From: Azolla caroliniana | Taxonomy: Eukaryota > Plantae > Polypodiophyta | Reading direction: 5' to 3' | NCBI GenBank assembly: GCA_043228905.1 | Contig: JBHGNT010000005.1 | Location: 17,484,001-17,548,000, forward strand | DNA length: 64,000 nucleotides | Shown: in pieces, positions 11,979 to 23,018 of the stretch | Layout of the letters: each line of letters starts with the position of its first letter | Numbering within the stretch: position 1 is the stretch's first letter | Program-made: the position numbers and the translations under genes | The notes under the pieces: generated by a model | The model's input: the letters and a program-made list of their open reading frames with translations, nothing else | Database searches by the model: none | What the model was told of the DNA's origin: nothing

Positions 11979-14900
11979 ATGGCATCAACATCCGGCTCAT
12001 CGGAGATGAGTCTAAGGAGGTTCGATGGTTCAAACTTCAACTTCTGGAAGGAACAAATGCAGGACTATCCCATAGTCAAGGGTCAGATAGATCCGATTGA
12101 GAATGAAAATCCTCCAGAAGCATACAAGGCAAACGAGTGGCTAAAGTTGGACAGAATCGTCCGCGCCACGATTCGGATGCACTTGTCGGAGTCAGTGTAC
12201 TTCACAGTGCAATCATGCACGACAACTTTTGAACTTTGGAAAACACTGCCGGAAACTTATGAAAAGGAGGTCGCCGCAACGAAGATGTATTTGATCCGGC
12301 GCCTCTACAACTTGTAGATGAAAGAATCTGATTCAGTTCAAGCACACCTCAACGAGTACGAAAGCATAAGCTCCCAAATCTCGTCTCAGGGGACAACAAT
12401 CAAGGATGAACTCAGAGCAATGATACTCATGGGTAGTCTCCCCTCTTCATGGGAAACTTTCGTTACAACCGTGTGCAATGCTTCAACAGCTGCTGTTAAG
12501 TACTCCGAAGTCACGAGTGCAATCCTGACTGAAGCAACTCGGAGAAAGTCTTTCGCCAAAGACTTGACAGATGAAGCTTACGTAATACAAGGTTCGACCG
12601 ACCGATCGAACAACCGGGGAAGAAGTTCTTCCCGACCGCCGAACAATCAGCGAAGCCGGAGCAAGTCCCAGGACAATCGAATTTGCAACTACTGCAAGAA
12701 ACCGGGACATATCAAAGCCGACTTCCGGGCACTCAAAGCAAAAACCGACAAAGCTCAGAGAGCGGATCAGAAGAATAGCCGGCATGAGGAGGTCAACTAT
12801 GTTGGCTCTTCAGCCGAAATTTTGACAACCAACCCGAACATATTGTCCATAGAGAACCCAGTCGAATCAAAAGTTCTGCTTACGATTGAGGAATCGAGCA
12901 CATGGCTCCTAGACTCGGGCGCATCGTATCATGTGACACCTCACCAATCTCAATTTCGGTAATACTCGGACCGACACTCCGACTCAGTTTGAGTCGGGAA
13001 CTCGCAACACTGTGCCATAATCGGAATCGGCACCGTAGAGCTCAACCTTCCGGGTGGCTCTACACTCATACTACACAACGTCCGACATGTTCCTGAGCTT
13101 TCAAGACCCTTGATCTCAGTCGGACAACTTGACGAAGCCGACATCTGTGCCGGGTTCTCATCAGGATGGTGGACACTCCACAAAGGGAACCTCCTGCTTG
13201 CTCGAGGACCAAAGGTACACTCTTTGTACCCTTTATATGTCACACTCAAAGAGGGTGACTTATTTTTTGTTGATATCCCCGTGTCATCGTTATGGCACGG
13301 ACGATTTGGACACCTCAGCAAGGCTGGCATAACGCACCTATCCAGAGCCGGTTACATCCCCAATCTCTCCTTCTCGGATCACCAATTCTGCGAGCATTGC
13401 TAGTATGGCAAACAGGTAGTCGTATCACACCCGACATCAGCACCAAGAGAATCGAGTCCCCTCAATTTGGTCCACTTGGACGTCTGTGGTTCGATGCCAC
13501 ATCAGTCTCTCGAGGGTGCTTCGTACTTCGTTAGTTTTATTGACGACTCGACTCGGAAGGTGTGGGCTTACCCCATTAGAACCAAAGATCAGGTGTTCTC
13601 GACCTTCTCCGAATGGCTTGCAATGGTCGAAAATCAGACCGGTCGGAAACTGAAATGTCTCCGAACCGACAACGGAGGAGAATTCAAGTCTGAAGAATTC
13701 GTCAAATTTTGCCGAGAACACGGCATTTGACGTGAATATACGGCACCCTATAGTCCGGAGCAGAACGGAATTGCTGAACACATGAATCAGACGATTCAAG
13801 AACGTGTAGTATCCATGCTCCAACACTCCGGACTGTCGGATGGCTTTTGGGCGGAGGCTCTACTTACGGCGAGAAGGTTTGGAGTGTCGCCAAAGTGGGT
13901 CTATCGACTCTAAGAGACGTCTGACTAGACCAACCCAAAGTACAAGGCCAAATTACTTGCGAAGGGATTTAGACAAGAATATGGCGTCAACTTCGACGAA
14001 ATCTTTTCACCAGTGGTGAAAATGATGACCCTTCGTTTCATGCTCGGCGTCGTGGCCACCGACAACTTGGAGCTGATTCAGCTAGATGTAAAAACGACAT
14101 TCCTCCACTGTAACCTATAGGAGGAAATCTATATGGAGCAGCCGAAAGGCTTTGTGGCCTCCGGCCAGGAACATCTAGTCTGCCGACTCAGGAAGAGTCT
14201 CTACGGCCTGAAACAGGCACCCTGACAGTGGTACAAGAAGTTCGACGACTTCATCCAATTGGTCGGCTTCTCAAAGAGCGATGAGGACCACTGTCTCTTC
14301 ACCAAAATAGCTCAAGACGGGTCTCCTGTCTTCCTCATCATCTACGTGGACGACATGCTACTCTCCGGTCGGCATGCCGGAGAGCTCACCGAACTCGTTC
14401 GGAAACTGCGGTTGAAGTTTGCCATGAAGGAACTCGGTCCGGCAAGACACATACTTGGTATGAAGATTAGTCGTGTTGAGCGGCAAGCTCAACCAGAGCC
14501 GGATCGGCTGAATAAGCTGGAGCCGGTAAGCGAGACGGATTGGGCGAAACGGATTGGTTCGACGGTGAGCAACCGAATCGGCAAGCAGTGGAGGCCGGGT
14601 GCAATCCGTAACCGGCAGTCCAATCGGAAGCCTAGAATAGGATAGACTACTAGGTATCTATAGTCTCGTAGTAAGTGTCAGATGCTCGTGTGAGCATTGA
14701 AGTACATGGTACTTCTGTCAGTCCCAAGAGGACTTGTATAAATAGTGCTGCTTAGCACAGTGTGTATATGCAGAGTCTTGATATAATTTTGGAAATTAGA
14801 ATCTGCTCTCTCTCTCTCTCTCTCTCTGTGTTGTCCTCTGTTTTACGCTTCCGCAAACACTTACGTTTACAAGTCGGCATCGCGATAAATGACAACTTTT

Positions 14901-15079
14901 CTTGTCTCAAACTGACTACATCGGACGTGTCTTGGAACGCTTCAACATGCACTCGGCCAAGTCTGCTTCGACCCCACTCCCCATTAACCTTTAGTTGTCT
15001 CAGCGAGACTGCCTGACATCTGGTCTAAAGGGGGAAGATATAAAGTCGGTACCGTATGCACCGGCAGTTGGCTTCCTTA
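11979..15079 (+). pseudogene. gag-pol of C (5' part; internal deletion near 13870; split by solo LTR)
   Basis: RFDGSNFNFWK, CNYCKKPGH, WLLDSGASYH, HLDVCG, RTDNGGEF, YVDDML. Confidence 0.9.
14474..14871 (+). mobile_element. Solo LTR of the X family
   Basis: Matches 1609-2010; TSD AGTCG at 14469-14473 and 14872-14876. Confidence 0.95.
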
Positions 15080-15621
15080 TGTCAGGAATAGTACTAAAGC
15101 AGAGATGGAATTAGTACTAAGAAGAGTAGTACTATTAGTACTAAGAGGACGGGACTGCGTAAGATTCCCGAGAGAGGAAGTGAGAAGAGGAGAGAGAGAG
15201 ATAGCGAGGATGAGAGAGAGAGAAAGATGATGACAGCAGCTAATATATTATGTGAAAAGATAAGTACAAAGCGGCTGAGAGGCTTAAGACTGGCTTTGAA
15301 CCAATCTGGTTCAACATAATGCCTAGTGCCTTCTTTTATAGTGTTGTCAGGAGTAATCCTGAAACTTCTAGAATGTTCCAGAGAAATATGGAATATACAT
15401 TACTTTCTTATAATAAAACATAAATGAAAATAATATCCTCGCCTGACGCTAGCCGGGATCATATACCATTATATATAGTCATATAGCTGCTGATATCCAG
15501 ATAGAGTCTAAGTAATTAGAAAACTACAAATTACAATAGATGGTGTGATGGTTAAGAGCTCGACCCATATACCATAAGGTCATGGGTTAGAGTCTTGCCA
15601 TATCATGACACTATCTCCCCC

Positions 15622-16891
15622 TTAAAGACGATGAGTGGAACGAGTCGGCGCTGACTGCGGACCGGGTTTGTCCGGATACTTTTGCTGAAAATCAGCAAGC
15701 AGATCCTGAGCATTGGCAACATGCTCGACGGGTTCCCAAGTGCGTTCGCTCGGACTATAACCAACCCAATCGACCAAATAATAAAGTTTGTTGCGAATAA
15801 GTTTGGAATCGAGGATGGCCGCAACTTCATACTCCGGGCCGGCGTCCAACTCCAGCGGGGGTAGCGGTGGTGTAACACGATTGGGAATGGTGTTTGCTTT
15901 ATAAGGTCCAAGAAGAGAACAATGGAAAACCGGATGTATCTGAAGTTGCGGAGGGAGATCAAGGCGGAATGTGACATCATTAACTTTACCCGTAATACGG
16001 AAAGGATCGAGGTGTCGATAATCCAACTTGTCGCACGATCGAGTAGTCTTGATGTGACGACGTAAGAGCCATACTTGATCTCCGATGGCAAAAGAGGAGG
16101 GAAGCCGATGACGATCCGTGTAAGTCTTCTGTGTCTGTTGAGCATGACGAAGATGAGTCGAGAGATCTGTCTGGATCTTGCGTAGTCTCTCCAAATGATC
16201 CCCGGCACGAGGATTGGTAGGTAGCTCCGGGGTGTTGATCACCGACCAACGAGGATGAGAACCGGTATAAGTGTAGAATGGGGAGACTCGAGTCGAGGAG
16301 TGAACAACATTATTATACGCAAACTCCGCAAAGTGGAGAATCTCGACCCAATTGTCCTGTTGATAACTCAGGAAACACCGGAGATATTGCTCCAGCGTTT
16401 GGTTTGTTCGTTTTGCCTGCCCATCGGTCTGAGGATGGTAGCCGGAGGAGAAGTTGCAAGAGACCTTGATCATCTTGAAGAGATGCTGCCAAAATTTGGA
16501 GACAAATTGCGGTCCACGGTCACTGATGATACTGTCTGGGAGGCCATGATGCCGAAATACCTCACGCATGACTAGGGCGGCGGTTTCCTCGCTAGTGATG
16601 GCCTTAGTACACGAAACAAAATGTGCCATCTTCGTATATCGATCGACGACGGTTAAGATAGCATCGAACCCCTGTGAGACCGGCAGATCTGTGATAAAAT
16701 CAAGACAAATAGACTGCCACGGCTTACTTGGAATCGATAAGGGTTTCAACAAGCCATATGGATGGTGTCCTGGCATCTTTGCTCGGCAGCAAGCATCACA
16801 GGTCCGAACGTAGTCGTCGACAAAACGGCGCATGTGGGGCCACCAAAAAGATCGTTGCACTAGCTCCAACGTCTTAGTACTACCGAAATGT
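15622..16891 (-). pseudogene. Integrase plus chromodomain of D
   Basis: ICLDFIT, SDRGPQF, HPQTDGQ, HPVFH; chromodomain YEVAAILDSK..YLVDWVGY..TWEP. Confidence 0.92.
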
Positions 16892-17347
16892 CCCGCTATT
16901 AGAGATTAGGTACTAAAGTAAGCATAAAATAAGGATATATCAATGATAGATCTAGAAAGAATAGAGAGAAAAGAGAGAAAGAAGGGTGCCGATCCACCCG
17001 ACCACCCCCGAGCGAAGGGATCGAGACGGACTCGAGCCTCGATCGGCGTCCCATACCACCGCCTTGGCGTCGAGTCGTACCTGGATGATAGCGCGCTTGC
17101 TACAAGAGTCGTTCCACTCACGGACAGAGTCTCGACGTAGTCAATGCATGCCCAAATGAGGGTAGCTAGGCCTCTTATTTATAGTAATTCTCAAGGCCCC
17201 CAGCCATGTTCACACTTGGCCTCATGGGTTGTCTCAATCCCGAGGATTAAAAGTAATCCTCCCCTTCTTTAGACACTTTGTTTAACCCTCACACTTATCC
17301 ACGTGTATAGAATACTACGACAATTCTCACCACGGGATATTATATGG

Positions 17348-19337
17348 TCATGCCCGTAACATACTCCCCCTCTTTAAAACATTGCACTCTTGCAATGGAA
17401 AGTTAGGGAAGTTAGTTCTTAGAGTCGTTTCGCGTTCCCATGTGGCATCTTTGATTGATTTATCCATCCATTTTATTTTAAATTCTCGGATTTCCTTAGC
17501 ACGTAATTTTTTTGTTTTAACATCGAGAATTCTTTCTGGTACATGTGGTTTAGAAGATAAATCTTCAGAAGTAACCAGAGTTTCAGTTGTAACTGTATTG
17601 TCGCCAGAACCTAGAAGTTCTTTTAGACGACTTACATGAAAGACTGGATGGATTCCAACACCATCGGGAAGAGCGAGACGATAGGCTGATGATCCAATGC
17701 GTTTGAGGACTGTAAAAGGTCCACAAAACCGTGGGGCTAACTTAGCGCACTTACCCGTAGACAATGTCTTAGAATTGTGAGGTACACGTAAAAATACCTT
17801 ATGTCCAGGGCTGAATACACGAGGTTGCCTGTGATGATCGGCATAAAAACGGGCTCTATCTTGAGCTGTTTTTATATTATCCCGTGCAATATGCAACATA
17901 TCTTGCATATCCCGAAGAAAGTTTTGCGTACTTCGCAACTCATCATGATGTATATTAACATCAATCGGGGCTCGTGGCTGAAATCCATACATCAACATAA
18001 AAGGACTATATCCCGTCGACGTATGCTTGGAGCTGTTATAAGCAAACTCCAAAATTGGGAGGTAACGTTCCCATTTTGTTGGTTTTGCACCAACGTATGC
18101 TCGAAGCATGTCCTCAATAATTTGATTTACTCATTCTGTCTGTCCATCGGATTGAGGATGATCCGTGGAGCTCATGCTCAACGTAGTTTCTAACTTCTTA
18201 AAGACTTGCGTCCAGAAGTCACTAGTAAACTTCGGATCTCGGTCACTCACGATATCCATCGGTAACCCGTAAAAACGAAATAACTCATCAACGAATTGGT
18301 AAGCCAATTCAGGAGCTGTTACCGTGGTTTTAGTAGCAATAAATCTGGCCATTTTAGTTAGTCTGTCAACCACAACCCATATGGCATCATGACCTTTTTG
18401 GGTGCGAGGAAGGCTAACAATAAAATCCATGGATATACTTTCCCACTTATTATTGGGAATGTCCAAGGGATGTAAAAGTCCTGCGGCTTTAAGTCGCTCG
18501 GCTTTGTTAACCTGACATTGGTGACATTTAGTCACATAGCTATGTATGTCAGGACGCATCTTAGGCCAATAAAATTGAGTGGAGATGAGAACGAGTGTAC
18601 GATGTATTCCAGGGTGCCCTGCTGAGGGTGCATCATGGCATTCAAAAAGAATTCTCTTTTTGACCTCAGGCAAATCTGGAACACAAACCTTCCCATTACG
18701 GTAGAGCAGACCGTTAGCAATGTGGAAGTATTCCTTCGAGGGTGTGGTGGTGTCTGTTCCAGACTCGACTCTTGCCCAGTATTTTGCAAAATAATTGTCA
18801 TCAGGATACTTTCCTCGAAGGTGATCATAAAGATCTGATGTTATTTCAGTGAAGCTAAGCATGTTAACTTCACGGATGCGACTTAGTGCATCAGCGACAG
18901 TATTCATGGAACCTTTACGATATCGTATGGAAAAATCAAAGTCCTGGATGAGATCAGCCCATCGTGCCTTACGACCCTTCAGGTCTTGTTGGTCACAAAA
19001 ATATTTCAAGGACTCGTGGTCCGTAGTTACCACAAAGCGATTTCCATAAAGATAATGGCGCCATGTTTTGAGCGCATGTATAACCGCAAATAATTCCTTT
19101 TCTTGAACGGTATACCGACATTGAGCAGAATCAAGTTTCTTACTCTCGAATGCTATTGGTTTACCATCTTGATACAAGACAGCACCTATAGCATAATCGC
19201 TTGCGTCGGTTTCAACCTCAAAAGGTTTTGAAGGATCGGGTAAAAGAAGTGAAGGAGCCTTGCATACCAAGTCCTTGAGTTCCTTAAAGGCGAGGTCTAG
19301 TGTAGCATTCCACACAATAGGTTTTGTAGACTTACGC
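17348..19337 (-). pseudogene. RNase H-integrase-chromodomain of E
   Basis: ETDASDYAIG, SISMDF, SDRDPKF, GPF, HPVFHVS, PERILD..IKW..ATWE; one in-frame TGA at 18131. Confidence 0.92.
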
Positions 19338-20078
19338 TGTCGTGCCTTTCGGCTCCGGATCGTTTGCGTGAGTCGGGTGGGAACCGCCGAGGTTTTGGAC
19401 TAGGAGAAAGAAAAATATGAGATGAGGCTAGTAATGAATAGATTATTAGAAAGAGAGATAGAAATTTCGTGAATCCCACGAGTGTATTTTATTCGATTAA
19501 TCAATATTTAGATAAGAATATGTATTTAGATTGAAAGAAAGATATAAGAAACTTGTGAATCCCACAAGTATAGATTATATTATTTTCGTGAATCCCACGA
19601 TTATATTAATCGGTTGGTGTTTTCGGAAATATATCCAATTTCCAAATATTTCACACACCTATTACATTGTGCTCCCCATCCTTATGTAGTGATGGGAGAG
19701 ACTAAGCATAGCTACATGCTTTTTTTCTAATATGTTCATGCACACTAAATGTGCATGTGATGCTTTTCTAATCCTTGCTTTTATTTGCTAAATATAGTGC
19801 TCATTCATGCTAGATGTGCATGAGTCACTTTTTAGTCGCTTGCGTTTTTCTATAAAATATTCACGCACTCTAAAAATGCATGATTTACCTTTTAATAAAG
19901 GTAGGCGCAAATAAAGACTTATAATTATTAAATCTATTTATAGAACACAAAAGATAAGGTAGCATAATGGTAAAGTTGAGATTTGGCTACGTGGAGGTAC
20001 AAGGTTCAAATCTTGCCCTATGCACGTGATAAATATCTTGATATTCTTATTTTATTTATTTATATGTAATTAAATCGG

Positions 20079-22187
20079 TTATATTATTTTTACTTTTTCA
20101 CGTAGTGTACGAAATACACTACGACACTCGCCCCCTCTGAACCCGCACATCCTCCGGTATGTGCCGAAGTTGCCGATGCTCATTGTCTCCCCTTCATCCT
20201 CCGTTTGTCCCGCTATGTCAACTTTGTCTCTCCATTTTGAGTAGACCCATTCTTTCCACCCGAACCATTGTCGCCATCCGATCCACCATATTCTTTGTTC
20301 TCTCTCGTCATATTCTTGGCCCTTGTCATTCGTGGTAGTGTCTTTTACTGGCCTCTTTCTTGTCTTCATCAACCTTGATTTTTTTCCGGATCGCTCTCGT
20401 CCGATCGACTTTCGGTTTGATCGGCTTCCGATCAGATTCATATTCGGCCGAATCGGAATCGGTTGTTCGGTTTCGATTGAGTCGGTCTCCTTCCGGCCCG
20501 GTTTCGATCTATCGGTTTCGGTTTCGGTTGGCTTTCTTTTCCTCGTTTTCACCAGCCTCGACCGGTCCAACCTTCGGTTGAGTCGGATTAGCTTCTTTCC
20601 GGATCGGTCTCGTCCGATCGGCTTTCGGCTAGGTCGGCTTCCATCCATATTCGCGTTCGGCCAAGTCAGACTCGGTCGATCGGTTTTGACCGAGTCGACC
20701 CCTTTTCGGGTCGGCTTTCTTTCGGGTCGTCTTTCGGCCGAATCCTCATTCGCCCGGTTCAACTTTCTTTCGGGTCGACTTTCGGTCGAATCCTCATTCG
20801 CCCGGTTCGGTTTTCTTTCGGGTCGTCTTTCGGTTGAATCCCCTTTCACCCGGTTCGGCTTTCTTTCGGTTCGTCTTTTGGCCGAATCGTCTTTTACCCG
20901 GTTCGGCTTTCTTTCGGATCGGAATCCCGTCCGGATCACCTTCCATCCTAACTGGCTTCCGACTTTACCTTTCTTGCCGCCACCTCCCGTCTCTCCGGTC
21001 TCACGTTGCTTCTCAGACACAACCGCCGAAGTCTCTAGGATTAGTGGGTAGGAATCCTCGGTATTACCTTCTTTCGTAGTTTCACCCTTAGCATTCTTCT
21101 CGGCTATCTCTTCATCGTATTCGTCGGCTTCGACATTCGTTTTCTCTCCGCCACCTTCCGTCTCTTCGGTCTCACGTTGCCTTTCGATCGCAACCGCCGG
21201 AGTCTCTGGAATTAGTGGTGGGGAAGTCTCGATATGGCCATCCGTCATTGATTCGTCCATAGCCACCTTCGATTCGATGTCATCTTTCGTGGCAACCTCC
21301 TCAATCAAGTCCTCTTTGCTCTCTTTCACTGCATCAATTATGCTTACCCCTTTTTCACCCGATGTTTCGGACACCTGTATTCTGAAATCTTCTTCTACAC
21401 TTGGGTTATTGGCCTTATCCTTTGTCATTGTTCTTTCGCAAGACAAGAGGGTAGCTTGTTTTACACCCTCTTCCGTCACACCATCATGTTGTATTTCGGC
21501 CTTCATATCGGCTCCATCGTTTGTCTTCAATCAACCATCCTTCATCGGCCATGTCGTTGACAAGATTCTCATCTTCCTCTCATCATGTCTCCGGCATACC
21601 CTTTCGACTTTGGCCCAATCCTCAGTAAGACCGTTCGCACCGTCATCATCTTCGAGTTCGATCCCAATGTCCATCCTTTCTTTCCGATCGATCGATTTTA
21701 CGAACATTAGGACTTTATCCTCCCCCACCAATCGTTGTTCTTGCTCCGAGAGTCGAGCAAAACGATGCTCGAACTCTAGGAATGCTTGTGTTGCACTTCA
21801 GTGGGTCTTCTCCGATGCCACCCATTCGTCGAATTTTCGCCGATCTTTTCCCTTTGATCTCTTGTAATCATATGCCTCTCGTAAAGCTTCTTCGAATGAC
21901 CCCCATGTCGAGTTTTGTTGCCGTATCTTGTGGATTCTCTCTTGTAGCTCATCCGTGGCCACCTGATTGAAGGATGTCACTTGCAATCCTTCCGGTATCC
22001 CACATCGTATCATCTCCGCCTTGTAGTCACGTAGATAGCATGACACATCGTTTCCGTTGAATTGTCCATTTCGTTGTACGAGCCGCTTTACTGCCCCCGT
22101 GATCTCCGACATCGCTCGTTGTTCTTGTAGCATCCGCTCGAACATCATCATCATCGTTATGCTCATTGCCTCTTGTTGATTCTCCAT
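20079..22187 (-). pseudogene. Gag-like ~702-codon frame of F with long charged/repeat C-terminus (2 in-frame TGA)
   Basis: ORFs 21798..22367, 21531..21731 and 20079..21530 share one frame; FNGNDVSCYL..TWGSFEEAL resembles a Gypsy gag capsid. Confidence 0.75.
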
Positions 22188-22203
22188 CTCCTTGCCACCC
22201 GCC

Positions 22204-22221
22204 TTCACGTCGGGTTCACCA
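22204..22221 (-). promoter_or_regulatory. Primer-binding site complementary to the tRNA-Trp 3' end
   Basis: Plus strand TTCACGTCGGGTTCACCA matches my recollection of the plant tRNA-Trp 3' 18 nt; 4 nt from the LTR. Confidence 0.85.
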
Positions 22222-23018
22222 ACTGTGTCGTGCCTTTCGGCTCCGGATCGTTTGCGTGAGTCGGGTGGGAACCGCCGAGGTTTTGGACTAGGAGAAAGAA
22301 AAATATGAGATGAGGCTAGTAATGAATAGATTATTAGAAAGAGAGATAGAAATTTCGTGAATCCCACGAGTGTATTTTATTCGATTAATCAATATTTAGA
22401 TAAGAATATGTATTTAGATTGAAAGAAAGATATAAGAAACTTGTGAATCCCACAAGTATAGATTATATTATTTTCGTGAATCCCACGATTATATTAATCG
22501 GTTGGTGTTTTCGGAAATATATCCAATTTCCAAATATTTCACACACCTATTACATTGTGCTCCCCATCCTTATGTAGTGATGGGAGAGACTAAGCATAGC
22601 TACATGCTTTTTTTCTAATATGTTCATGCACACTAAATGTGCATGTGATGCTTTTCTAATCCTTGCTTTTATTTGCTAAATATAGTGCTCATTCATGCTA
22701 GATGTGCATGAGTCACTTTTTAGTCGCTTGCGTTTTTCTATAAAATATTCACGCACTCTAAAAATGCATGATTTACCTTTTAATAAAGGTAGGCGCAAAT
22801 AAATACTTATAGTTATTAAATCTATTTATAGAACACAAAAGATAAGGTAGCATAATGGTAAAGTTGAGATTTGGCTACGTGGAGGTACAAGGTTCAAATC
22901 TTGCCCTATGCACGTGATAAATATCTTGATATTCTTATTTTATTTATTTATATGTAATTAAATCGGTTATATTATTTTTACTTTTTCACGTAGTGTACGA
23001 AATACACTACGACAACGC

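Larger units (their letters stand above)
19338..23014 (-). mobile_element. Non-autonomous gag-only LTR element F (tRNA-Trp PBS, 4-bp TSD), inserted in E
   Basis: 789-bp LTRs 22226-23014 and 19338-20126 (2 differences seen); TSD ACGC at 19334-19337 and 23015-23018; PBS 22204-22221; PPT 20127-20138; no pol. Confidence 0.92.

Noticed and set aside
20323-21051. 242-aa antisense ORF in F
   Set aside because: It is the mirror of the repetitive sense frame, with a non-ATG start and no independent evidence
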